Shown here: one piece after another, positions 37,810 through 49,294 of the stretch
Layout of the letters: every line of letters begins with the position of its first letter
Numbering within the stretch: the first letter of the stretch is position 1
Assembly: GCA_014379805.1 (NCBI GenBank)
Contig: JACMLB010000038.1
Coordinates: 17,477-81,476, forward strand
Length of the DNA: 64,000 nucleotides
Origin: Rhodospirillales bacterium
GTDB lineage: Bacteria > Pseudomonadota > Alphaproteobacteria > Rhodospirillales > Magnetospirillaceae
Direction: 5' to 3'
Position numbers and translations under genes: made by a program
The notes under the pieces: model-generated
What the model was told of the DNA's origin: nothing
The model's database searches: none
Seen by the model: the letters and a program-made list of their open reading frames with translations, nothing else

Positions 37810-38897
37810 GGGTCGATCTTTTCATCTGCCGCATAGTCGCGGTTGGCGGGTTGCCCGATCAGCTGCCACAGCTGGGCCGGGCGGATGCCGTCACCGGGGC
37901 GCTTCAGGCACAGATGACCGCTGTCCAGGATGGTGCCGGCCTGAATGGGGCCGGTGGCCACGACGCTTTTGCGCGCCACGATGCGATTGCTCAGTTCGGC
38001 GGCGCAGGGGCGCTTGATGCTGTCGCCCAGGGCCAGTTCCATCTCGCGCACGCCGTCGGCCAGGGCACGCAAGGCGGCAGGCTCCAGCGAGGCTTTGTGA
38101 TCGGGACCCGGCAGAGTGCGGTCCAGGGTGAAATGCTTCTCAATGACCCGCGCCCCCAAGGCCACCGCGCCCAAGGCGGCGGTAATGCCTTGGGTATGGT
38201 CGGAAAAGCCCACAGGCAGGCCGAAGCGGTCGGCCAGGGTCGCCATGGCGCGCAGATGGGTGTCGGCCAGGGGCGCCGGGTATTCGGTGGTGCAATGCAG
38301 CAGGGTCACCAGTCCCTGCAATCGGTCGCCATGGCGCTGCAAGGCCGTGGCGAAACCGGCAGGGCCGGGGGTCAAAGCCGGGTCGGCGGCATAGCCGAAG
38401 GCCAGCGCGCCCAGGGCCTCGGCGACGTCGTCCATGTCGCTCATGCCGGTGGACAGGATGACCGGCAGGCCAAGGCGGGCGATTTGCATCAATAAGGGCG
38501 CGTTGGTCAAATCGCCCGAGCCGATCTTGATGACCGGCAGGGCCATATCCGTGGCCAGGAAGTGCAGCGAACCCATATCGAAGGGGGTCGACAGGAACAG
38601 GATGTTGCGCTCGCGGCAACGTTCGGCCAGCACGTGATGGTCGGAGGGGGACAGCTCCAGCCGGCGCAGCATGTCCAGCTGGCTTTCGCCGCTGCCGGTC
38701 TCGCGGGCCTGATAGGCGGCTTTTGGGGCGGCGGCGCTGGCCAAGGCAGTGGCCTTGAAGGTCTGGAACTTGACCGCATCGACGCCGCATTGGGCGGCGG
38801 TGTCCACCAGGGCCAAGGCGCGCTCCAGCTCGCCGTTATGGTTGACCCCGGCTTCGGCAATGATGAAGACGGATGCGGGCAGAGACCAGACGGTCAC
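37794..38897 (-). CDS. neuB: Nonulosonate synthase (NeuB/LegI) with C-terminal SAF domain
   Basis: IIAEAGVNHNG, VKFQTF, STPFD, KIGSG, LLHCTTEYP, SDHT, IEKHFTLD, KRPGDG. GTG start 38897. Confidence 0.95.
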   Translation of the reverse strand: MTVWSLPASVFIIAEAGVNHNGELERALALVDTAAQCGVDAVKFQTFKATALASAAAPKAAYQARETGSGESQLDMLRRLELSPSDHHVLAERCRERNILFLSTPFDMGSLHFLATDMALPVIKIGSGDLTNAPLLMQIARLGLPVILSTGMSDMDDVAEALGALAFGYAADPALTPGPAGFATALQRHGDRLQGLVTLLHCTTEYPAPLADTHLRAMATLADRFGLPVGFSDHTQGITAALGAVALGARVIEKHFTLDRTLPGPDHKASLEPAALRALADGVREMELALGDSIKRPCAAELSNRIVARKSVVATGPIQAGTILDSGHLCLKRPGDGIRPAQLWQLIGQPANRDYAADEKIDPCLLP

Positions 38898-40075
38898 GGC
38901 AACTCTCCCATGTCCAGATCGACGAAGTGTTTGTGCCGCAATCCGGCAATCTCCACCGAGGCCAGCACGCGGTGAATGGCTTCGGCGGCGCCGCCCCGCC
39001 CGTATGGCGGCATGGTGGCGGCGGCACGGTGACGGAACGGTTCGGACAGGGCTTGGGCGATGGCGGTGGTGATTGCCTCCGTCCCAGGACCGCAATCGAT
39101 GATGGAATCTGCCCGCAGACGGCCCTGCTGGCGCCCGCCAATATTCACCGTGGGGATGCCGAAGGCCGGGGTCTCGATGATGCCGGACGAGGAATTGCCC
39201 ACCACCGCCGCCGAGTGCCGCATGAGCGACAGATAGCGCCGTACCCCCAGCGAGGTGAAGGCGCGGGCGTGGTCTGGCCGTTGCGCCGTCCAGGCATCGA
39301 TCATGTCGTTGATGATCTGGCCGCCCGGATCGGCGTTGGCCTTGGTGATGACCACGCGGGTCTCGGGGAAACGCTCCAGCGCCGTCAGCAGGGCCGAGAA
39401 CGCCTCCGCCGGCGGGCGGTCGTCCATGGTCTCCGGGTGATAGGTGACCAGCAGGACCGGGCGGTCCAGGGCGAAGCCTAGATCGGCTTCCAGGGCGGCG
39501 CGGTCCAGGAAATCGGTGTTCATCACATTGTCGATGCCAAGCGCACCGGCCATGACCACCCGCTCGGGGGCTTCGCCCATTTGCAGGATGCGGCGGCGAT
39601 AGGGCTCGGCGGCGGCGAAATGCAGATGGGACATTTTGGTGAGGGCATGGCGGATGGCATCGTCCATGGCGCCCTCGGTGATCTCGCCGCCATGGATATG
39701 GGCAAGGGGCAGGCCCAGAATGACGCAAGCCGATGCCACTGCCAGCAATTCCATGCGGTCGCCCAGCACCACCACCAGATCGGGTCGCAAGTTTTCCAAG
39801 GCCTCGGCCATGGCTGCGGTACCGGCACCCAGACCGCGTGCCGCCGCCAGCCGGCTGCCGCCGTCCAGAACCATGGGCACCTTGGCGGTGATGGGTAGGC
39901 CGTCGGCCTCGATCTCGCGCCACGTCTCGCCGAAGGCGGGGTCCAGATGGGCCGCCGTAACCACCAGGGCCAAATCAATGGTTTGATCCGTATGCAGGCG
40001 ACGGATCAAACCCTTCAGCAAGCCGTATTCGGCTCGGGTCCCGGTGACGACGGCGATCCGTCGCGGCATGGTCAT
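38894..40075 (-). CDS. neuC: Hydrolysing NDP-GlcNAc-type 2-epimerase (NeuC/LegG)
   Basis: GTRAEYG, LGDR, HIHGGE, RHALTK, GNSSSGIIE, RQQGR. Start ATG 40075. Confidence 0.95.
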   Translation of the reverse strand: MTMPRRIAVVTGTRAEYGLLKGLIRRLHTDQTIDLALVVTAAHLDPAFGETWREIEADGLPITAKVPMVLDGGSRLAAARGLGAGTAAMAEALENLRPDLVVVLGDRMELLAVASACVILGLPLAHIHGGEITEGAMDDAIRHALTKMSHLHFAAAEPYRRRILQMGEAPERVVMAGALGIDNVMNTDFLDRAALEADLGFALDRPVLLVTYHPETMDDRPPAEAFSALLTALERFPETRVVITKANADPGGQIINDMIDAWTAQRPDHARAFTSLGVRRYLSLMRHSAAVVGNSSSGIIETPAFGIPTVNIGGRQQGRLRADSIIDCGPGTEAITTAIAQALSEPFRHRAAATMPPYGRGGAAEAIHRVLASVEIAGLRHKHFVDLDMGELP

Positions 40076-41265
40076 AACGAAGCCAGATGTGGGCTCGACG
40101 CCAAGCGGGGGCTCGACGGCAAACACACCAGCCGCGCCGCCAAATCCTCGGCCACCGCCAGACTGGCGGCCCGGGGGGCTTCGGCGAACATGGGCAGGTT
40201 GTGCATCAGTTCCCACATGGGGCGCGCCATCAGCTTGGCCGCGTGCAAGGCGGCCAATAAATCATCGCGGCAGGCGGGATCGTCCAGCAGCACAGCATTC
40301 AGCCAGTAATTGCTGCGGCTGCCGGCGGGCTCTTCGAAGAAGCTCAGGCCGGGGATTTCGGCGCAGATGCGGCGCCAAGTGTGCGCCAGCACGCGCTTGC
40401 GGGCGACGAAATCGTCCAGCCGTTCCAATTGGCCCAGGCCCACGGCGGCGTTGAGATTGGGCATGCGGTAATTGTAGCCCAGTTCCGTATGGACGAAGGC
40501 CCACGGATGGGGCTGCTTGGCGGTGGTGGACAGATAGCGTGCCCGTGCCGCTAATTCGTCGTCATCGGTCAATATGGCGCCGCCGCCGCCGGTGGTGATG
40601 ATCTTGTTGCCGTTGAAGCTGAGCACCGACAGCAGTCCCGCCGCCGCCGCCGGACGGTCGGCGCGCAGGCTGCCCAGGGATTCGGTGGAATCCACGATCA
40701 CCGGCAGACCCCATTGGTCGGCCAGGGCGATCAGCCCGTCATCCTCGCTGGGATGGCCCAGCACATGGACCGGGACGATGGCGCCGATGCGCCGCCCGGT
40801 CTGGCGGTTGATGACTTGCTCGCCATCACGTACGGCGATCAGCTTCAGATGCGCGCCCAGAGCCTGGGTATCCAGACCCAAGGTCTTGGAATCGCTATCG
40901 GCGAAATGGGGGTGGGCGCCGCAATAGGCGACCGCGTTGGCCGTGGCCACGAAGGTCAAGGTGGGGATGATCACCTCGTCATCGCGACCGATGCCGGCCA
41001 GCATGAGGGCGAGGTGCAGGGCCGCAGTGCCCGAGGTGGTGGCGATGGCATGGCGGCGGCCGCAGATGCGGGCCAGACCGGCCTCGAATTCCGGCACGCG
41101 CGGACCGGCATAGGATACCCAGCCGGTATCCAGGCAATCGGCCACCAATTCCTTTTCCCGGCCCAAGAATTCGGGCTCGTGCAGGAAGGCGGGCAGGGAT
41201 TCGGGCGGCAGGGCGGTCAGCAGGGCGGCGACGGCCGAGGGAATGTTCAGGGCGTCAGACGACAT
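40072..41265 (-). CDS. legC: LegC-family PLP aminotransferase
   Basis: LHEP, SGTAALH, SFNGNKIITTGGGG, GYNYRMPNLNAA. Confidence 0.9.
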   Translation of the reverse strand: MSSDALNIPSAVAALLTALPPESLPAFLHEPEFLGREKELVADCLDTGWVSYAGPRVPEFEAGLARICGRRHAIATTSGTAALHLALMLAGIGRDDEVIIPTLTFVATANAVAYCGAHPHFADSDSKTLGLDTQALGAHLKLIAVRDGEQVINRQTGRRIGAIVPVHVLGHPSEDDGLIALADQWGLPVIVDSTESLGSLRADRPAAAAGLLSVLSFNGNKIITTGGGGAILTDDDELAARARYLSTTAKQPHPWAFVHTELGYNYRMPNLNAAVGLGQLERLDDFVARKRVLAHTWRRICAEIPGLSFFEEPAGSRSNYWLNAVLLDDPACRDDLLAALHAAKLMARPMWELMHNLPMFAEAPRAASLAVAEDLAARLVCLPSSPRLASSPHLASL

Positions 41266-42259
41266 ATTGGCCAACTCGATAATTCTTCAGATTGCTGGGC
41301 TCGCGGAACCATTCGGCGGTGGCGGTCAAGCCGCGCCGGAAGCCGTCAAGGCCGCCATAGCTCGGCTCCCAACCCAGCAGGCGCTTAGCCTTGGCGTTGC
41401 ACGCCCACAGACGCTCCACTTCGCTGCCGGCGGGGCGGAAGCGGGCTTCGTCGGTCTGGATTTCCACCGGGCTGCCCATGACTTCGGCGATCAGGCGGGC
41501 GGTATCGCCCACCGAGATTTCGAAATTGCTGCCGATATTGATGACTTCACCCACCGAGGCCGGCGAGTCCAGCACGGCGATGAAGCCCGAGACCGTATCG
41601 GCGACGAAGTTGAAGTCGCGCGTCGGCGAGGTGGCGCCCAGACGGATGCTGCGCGCCCCGGCGGCGATTTGGGTGATGATGGTGGGGATCACCGCACGGG
41701 CCGACTGGCGCGGGCCATAGGTGTTGAACGGACGGACCACCGCCACCGGCGTCTCGAACGAGCTATGGAAGGACAGCGCAATCTGGTCGGCGCCGATCTT
41801 GGTGGCCGAATAGGGCGATTGGCCCTGCAGGGGGTGCTCTTCGGTGATGGGCACGAAGCGGGCGGTGCCGTAAACCTCGCTGGTGGAGGTATGGACCACC
41901 TTGGAAATGCCCAGATCGCGCGCCGCCTGCAGCACGTTCAGCGTGCCGGTGATGTTGGTCGCCACGTAGTTTTCGGGCGCCACATAGGAATAGGGGATGG
42001 CGATCAGGGCGGCCAGATGCAGGACGGCGTCGCAGCCCTTCATGGCCTCGCGCACGAAGAACGGGTCGCGCACGTCGCCGCAACGCACGTCCAAACTGTC
42101 GCGGATTTCGGCGGGCGCCTGGTCGAGCCAGCCCCAGGAATTGAACGAGTTATAGAGGGCGAAGGCACGCACGTCATAGCCGCGCCGGACCAATTCCTCG
42201 GTGAGATGCGAGCCGATGAAACCATCGGCGCCGGTGACCAGGACCTTTCCCTTGCTCAA
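41255..42259 (-). CDS. legB: NAD-dependent 4,6-dehydratase LegB
   Basis: TGADGFIGSHL, YNSFNSWGWLD, LIAIPYSY, QSPYSATK, RPFNTYGPRQSARA. TTG start 42259 after AGAGGGG. Confidence 0.92.
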   Translation of the reverse strand: MSKGKVLVTGADGFIGSHLTEELVRRGYDVRAFALYNSFNSWGWLDQAPAEIRDSLDVRCGDVRDPFFVREAMKGCDAVLHLAALIAIPYSYVAPENYVATNITGTLNVLQAARDLGISKVVHTSTSEVYGTARFVPITEEHPLQGQSPYSATKIGADQIALSFHSSFETPVAVVRPFNTYGPRQSARAVIPTIITQIAAGARSIRLGATSPTRDFNFVADTVSGFIAVLDSPASVGEVINIGSNFEISVGDTARLIAEVMGSPVEIQTDEARFRPAGSEVERLWACNAKAKRLLGWEPSYGGLDGFRRGLTATAEWFREPSNLKNYRVGQYVV

Positions 42260-42276
42260 GGCGAGCCCCCCTCTTT

Positions 42277-43862
42277 CTAAACTTCGAACAAACTGACGAA
42301 GGCCTGATCGGCGGCCATGCCGCGCGCATCGTCGATGGCCGAAGACAGGGCCGACCAGTCGGTATGGGCCCGGTTGTCCTCGTCGTACCAGCCTGGAATG
42401 AACCGGATGCGGCGCGCCAGCGCGTCGGCGGCGACCGCATTGGGCGGGCAATGGCCGAACTCGAACGTCAGCACCGGTTTGCCGCTAAACAGGATGTCCT
42501 TTAGCACGGTGGTATGCAGGTAATCCATGATCACCATGTCGGCCCGCGCCAACGCCTCCGAGAACGGCCCGCCGGCCAGGGGCGCGCCGATGCCCCCCGG
42601 CGGAAGCGAGGGCGATTCCGGATGGGCGCGCATCAGCACCTCATACCCCAATGCCCGCAGGCGGGAGAACAGGCGCGCCTGCCAATCCGCCGCCACGAAG
42701 TCGAATTCGATGGGTGTCAGCGAGACCTTTTCGCCGCGATACTGATTGGCGAGGAACAGAATAGTCTTGCCCATTCCCACGGTTGCCGCCGGGACCTGCC
42801 GTTGCGGCTCGCCCGCAGGCTTGGGCGCGGCCTCGATGGTGGGCCAGGACGGTGCCATGCGGAAGGCTTCGTGCCGCTGGGTCTGGTAGCCCTGAGCCTG
42901 GATGGAGCTGAAGGTGACGAAGGTGTCGGGGGTGACGAACTCGGTCAAATTGGTGTCGCAAATGTCGAACAGGCCGACGCCCGAACCGTGGTCGTGGCTC
43001 CAGCAGGTGCCGCCGTTGCGGCGCACCGCCATGTGCAGGATGCGGCGGAAGATATAGCCGCCCGAACCGGTCCACAGCCGCGCCGGCAGCCGTCGCGGAT
43101 GGTTGTTCAGCCAGCGCAGATACCAGCGGGTAGTGGCCGACGCTTCAATGAGCCAGCTGCGCAGATGGGCCAGTTGAGCATTTGGCGCCTGCTCGCCCGA
43201 GGCAATGGCGGCGTCGGCGATGACGGTCATCACCGCATCGACGGTTTCCGGCCGCAACGCCAGGGGGGACAGATCGGTCGGCAGGCTGTCGCAGGCGTCG
43301 CCGAACCAATGGCGCAGGGACACCAGAACCGGCTTTTCCTGCTCGTGCCCGGCGCGCCGGCAGGTCAGCTTGCAGGGGTTGGTGGCGATGATGCGCGAGC
43401 GGAAATCCACCGTCTGCGGCCAGCGCCAGGATAGCTCCGATCCCTGCAACAGCCCATAGGCCGGACGCAGCAGGCTGCGCCAGCCCGAGGATGGGAACCG
43501 GCCGCGCAGGAAGGACAGGCGGTCGCGCTGGGCCTGCCACGTGGCGGGATCGTCGCTTGCCCCGCCGCGCAGCCACGGCGCGGTGATGGTCTCGCCGCGC
43601 TGGGCAAAGCGCGACAGCAAGGTGGCGACGAACCAGCCGCGCATGGCCTCCTGGATGAACTCCATGGCCAGGATCGCCAGCAGATCGGAATCTTCATCGC
43701 CGCGCGCGAAACCGGCGCGGATCACGGCGGCATAGCCCGATAGCAAATTGTCGCGGAACTGAGCATGGTCGCGCCACGACAGCGGCCAAACGAAGTCCGC
43801 GATGCCGTTGCCATCCAATTGGGTGGCCGTTACGTCCAGGGAACGGATTTTAGCCGCCACCG

Positions 43863-43866
<4 letters not shown>
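42277..43866 (-). CDS. Hypothetical protein with GT-B-like C-terminus
   Basis: HDHGSG, MRAHPES, ADMVIMDYLHTTVLKDILFSGKPV; ATGA overlap with the ABC gene. Confidence 0.6.
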
Positions 43867-45618
<1,752 letters not shown>

Positions 45619-45629
<11 letters not shown>

Positions 45630-46719
45630 CGTTGTTCTTTCGCATCTTGCGGCGGAGCGCGAACAGCCAGGGCAATGCCCGGCGCAGCCAGTCCACAAGA
45701 ACCCGCTTGGGGTTTTCCTCAATGAAATCGTCAACCGCCATATAGCGGGTGCAGGTGCGGCAGACCTGGGGAAGGTCGCCCTTCAGCCAGTCCTGGCGAT
45801 AGCGCGCAAGTTTCTCGCCCTTCCAGATCTCTTCCAGGCTCTGCTCGGCCAGATTGCCGATTTTGATCTCGCTTTCCAGATCGGTGCAGATGCAGGCGCC
45901 CACATTGCCGTCGGCCAGAACGTGGACGCGGCGGTAAAGCTCGAAGCAGGGCGACTTCTTCTTTTCCTCGACGGACAGGCAGGGCGCCATTTCGCAGCCG
46001 CTGGGCACGTCTTCGGCCATCACCCGGCCCGACCACGCGTCGTACGCCTCAAGGAACGAGATGTTGGAGCCGCCGAACAGGCCGGAGAACAGGGCGAATT
46101 CCGCCGTCTCGCGCCATTCGCCCTGATCCTTGGCGACGCGCAGGTGCAAGGTGATCAGCACCGGCTTGCCCAATTCCTGATTGCGCCGGCCGATGGCTTC
46201 GATATTGGCCATCACCTGCTCGTAGCGATCCTTGCCGTAATAGCGCAGATAGCCCTCGCGGTTGCCCACATAGGTGGAGATGGCCAGCCGCGTCAGGCCC
46301 GATTTCAGCAGGGCGTCGATGCCGATGCGGTCGATCAGGATGCCGTTGGTGTACAGCATGGCAGAGGTGATGGACGGCTCATTGGTGGCGCGGCGAATCT
46401 TCTCGACGATATCCTTGTCGACCAACGGGTCGCCAACGGTCGGCGTGAAATTGATGGAGCCGCCCCCACTGGCCGCGAATTCGACGATGACCTTGTCGTA
46501 CAGCGCCGGGTCCATGGTGGTCTTGGGCCGTTCCATGAAGCGGTAGCCGCAGAACGTGCAATTGGCGTTGCAGATGTTGGTGGTTTCAACGCCGAAATTG
46601 ATGAAGCGGGACTCCATCAGCCGCCGGTAAAAGCCGGTCGGCAGAATGCGGATCGCGCTGTCGATGATAGCGTGTGCCAAACTGACCGAAGGCGCGTTGA
46701 GCAGTTTCTTACGGCGCAT
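45619..46719 (-). CDS. Radical SAM enzyme with SPASM/twitch domain
   Basis: CNANCTFC; C...DGNVGAC...IGNL...IW...CRTC. Confidence 0.9.
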
Positions 46720-46814
46720 TCAAAGCCCATCTGGTCAAAGCGGCGAAGGAGTCTTCGGGGGGCAACCGAGCGGCGCATTCCCGCGGGAATTTCTCTTCCC
46801 GAATGGCCCGGACA

Positions 46815-48071
46815 TTACGGCTTTTCCGGCGCGAACGTCAAGGTTTCGTTGCCTTTTCGGGCCGCGATGCCCTGGTGGTAAAGGCCTTCATAGCGGCTGA
46901 CCACATCGTCCCACGAGAAGTCGCGTGCCCGCAAAGCCGAGCGTTGCGACAGGTCGGCGGCAAGGCCGGGCTCGTCCATGATCCGGCCCATGGCGGCGGC
47001 CAGGGCGTCGGCATCCGAGGGCGGCGTCAGCAATCCGTCGCGTCCGCCGCGCACGATGTCGCGGCAACCGGGGGCGTCGGCGGTCACGATGGGCAGGCTG
47101 GCGGCCATGGCTTCCACCAGCACGATGCCGAAGGTTTCCATGATGGACGGGAAGACGAAGCAATCGGCGGCACGGTAAAGCCCGACCAATTGGTCGTCGG
47201 GCAGCTTCAGCGGCAAGCTGCCCAAGGCGCCGCCGATCTGGTCCAGGAAGACGGCGTTCTCGGTCAGGCCCAATTGGGCGGCAAGCGGTGCCAGCCCCGG
47301 CGTACCCAACCCGGCGAAGATCAACCGGAAGTTTTTCCGTCCCTGCGCCTTCAGCCGGGCGGCGGCGTTCAGCACGGCGGCGAAGTTCTTTTTAGGGTGG
47401 TTGCGGCCTACCGACAGGAAGACGAAATCGTCCTGGGCGATGCCCAACGCGGCCCGCGTGGCTGCCCGTTCGGGACCGGCGGCAAAGCGCGAGAGGTCTA
47501 CTCCGTTGGGGACTTCGGCCACGCGCTCGGGCGGAACGCCAAGGGCTTGGTATTCCTGGGCTACGGTGGCGGTGATGGCCACCAGCCGGTCGGCCTGGAC
47601 CAGCCAACGGCGCACCAATGCGTCCACCTTGGGGTCCAGCCGGGCGCCGTAGCCGATGGAGGCGTCGCGCTGGATATCCTCGCCCGCACAGCGGACCAGA
47701 TGGGGCACCGGGCGGCGGGTGCGGGCATAGTGGACCAGGGCGACGCCGGTGGGCCAGCCCATGGTGCAATGCCAGAAATCAAAGCGATGACGGCGGTGCA
47801 GGAACTCGAAGAAACTGTCCAGCACGGCGAAGCCCACACCGGGGAAGCGATGCAGCAGGCCCCAGACCTTGGGCGGGAAGGCGACCACCGGATAGGGCAG
47901 TTGCCAATCGTCCCGCTTCAGCTGGGCGGCGTGGGGGGCGGGCACGATCACCACGGGGCGGTGGCCGCGCTCGACCAGACGCAGGGCGATGTTGTGCAGG
48001 CCCACCTCGGCCCCGCCCAGACCGGGCAGGAAGGTGGAGGTCGGCAGGGCGATGGACAGGCTCTCGGTCAC
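46815..48071 (-). CDS. GT4 glycosyltransferase
   Basis: GGAEV, PNGVD, FPSIMETFGIVLVEAMAA. GTG start 48071. Confidence 0.92.
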   Translation of the reverse strand: MTESLSIALPTSTFLPGLGGAEVGLHNIALRLVERGHRPVVIVPAPHAAQLKRDDWQLPYPVVAFPPKVWGLLHRFPGVGFAVLDSFFEFLHRRHRFDFWHCTMGWPTGVALVHYARTRRPVPHLVRCAGEDIQRDASIGYGARLDPKVDALVRRWLVQADRLVAITATVAQEYQALGVPPERVAEVPNGVDLSRFAAGPERAATRAALGIAQDDFVFLSVGRNHPKKNFAAVLNAAARLKAQGRKNFRLIFAGLGTPGLAPLAAQLGLTENAVFLDQIGGALGSLPLKLPDDQLVGLYRAADCFVFPSIMETFGIVLVEAMAASLPIVTADAPGCRDIVRGGRDGLLTPPSDADALAAAMGRIMDEPGLAADLSQRSALRARDFSWDDVVSRYEGLYHQGIAARKGNETLTFAPEKP

Positions 48072-49294
48072 GGCTGCGCCTCTACGTCGATACGGCCACC
48101 CGGCGGCAATGCGGCCAATGCGGTGACCAGGGCAAGGAAACGTCCGTCCACCGTCGTGGCGGAGGCTTGGTCGGCGATGCGCCCCGCTTCGTCCATCACA
48201 CCGGCGGTGGGCAGGGCCACGGCATTCTGCACGGCTTGCGCCCACAAATCAGCGTCCAGCGGGCGTAGGAAGCCGCTGACGCCATCGGTCACCCATTGGC
48301 AAAAGGCCGCTTCGCCGTCATTGGCGACCACCGGCAAGCCGCAGGCCAGGGCCTCCAGCATGGGCGTGGCAAGGCCTTCATCCTTGTTGGGCAGCACATA
48401 GGCGTCGGCCAGTTTCATGAAATCGCCCGCCGGCACAAAGCCGGTGACCACATGCACGCGGGCGCCCAAGCCCAAAGCGGCGATGCGGTCGTGCAATTGG
48501 GCCAGATAGGCGCGGTCGCGCTCCAGCAACGGCCCCGATTCCACCACCGGCCCGGCCAGCACCAGCTTGTACTGCTCGGGCAGGCGGGCCAGCACGTCCA
48601 GCAGGAATATCTGGTTCTTCTGCGGCATGAATTTGGCCACCATGGACAGCACAATGTCATGGGCGGCAAAGGGCGTCAGGGCCGCGCGCAAGGCGTGGCG
48701 CCGTTGGGGTTCGGGGAGAAAGCGCTTTGTGTCCACCGGGTTGGGCCGGGTCCACACATTGCGGTCCAGGCCCAATCGGGCGCAGGTCTCGGCCAATGCC
48801 GCCGAGATGGCGACGATCAGAGTATTGCGGTCCAGCCGCAGCCAACGCGACCAGTTCAATCCCGGCAGATGCTGGGCCGGGCTGGCCCGCGCGGTCACCA
48901 ATTCGATGACCAGCGGCGTGCCGGTAACACGGGCCCAGGCGATGGCGGCGGCGGTGGCGGCGGAACTGCCGAAGACGTGGATCACATCAGGGCGGTCGCC
49001 AGCCAGCGCGGCCCAGACCTGCAACGCTTCCCACCAGCTGCGCAACGCATGCTGCAGGCGACCGGCCAAGCCGGGGGCTGCGCGCCAATGGGCGAACAGG
49101 CGGGTGGAAATGCGCCGCACGGGGATGCCGTCATGGCGATAACAGGCGTTGCCGGGGAATTCGACGGCGTTGGTGATGACGCTCCAGCGCACATCATGGC
49201 CGGCGGCGGCGAGGCGGCGGTAGGTGTTGTGGACGCGCACGCCCGCACCGGCATATTCCGGCGGAAACTTGCTGCAAACCACCCGGATTTTCAC
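48068..49294 (-). CDS. GT4 glycosyltransferase
   Basis: FPPEYAGAG, PNPVD, KNQ, EGLATPMLEALACGLP. Confidence 0.88.
   Translation of the reverse strand: MKIRVVCSKFPPEYAGAGVRVHNTYRRLAAAGHDVRWSVITNAVEFPGNACYRHDGIPVRRISTRLFAHWRAAPGLAGRLQHALRSWWEALQVWAALAGDRPDVIHVFGSSAATAAAIAWARVTGTPLVIELVTARASPAQHLPGLNWSRWLRLDRNTLIVAISAALAETCARLGLDRNVWTRPNPVDTKRFLPEPQRRHALRAALTPFAAHDIVLSMVAKFMPQKNQIFLLDVLARLPEQYKLVLAGPVVESGPLLERDRAYLAQLHDRIAALGLGARVHVVTGFVPAGDFMKLADAYVLPNKDEGLATPMLEALACGLPVVANDGEAAFCQWVTDGVSGFLRPLDADLWAQAVQNAVALPTAGVMDEAGRIADQASATTVDGRFLALVTALAALPPGGRIDVEAQP

Noticed and set aside
37794-39923. Apparent 709-aa NeuB fusion, plus long N-terminal extensions of other track ORFs (17040-18491, 30789-31721, 36449-37387, 52975-54846, 59833-60594)
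   Set aside because: The extensions are Arg/Pro/Gly-rich off-frame readings of the upstream gene; better starts overlap the upstream stop codons.
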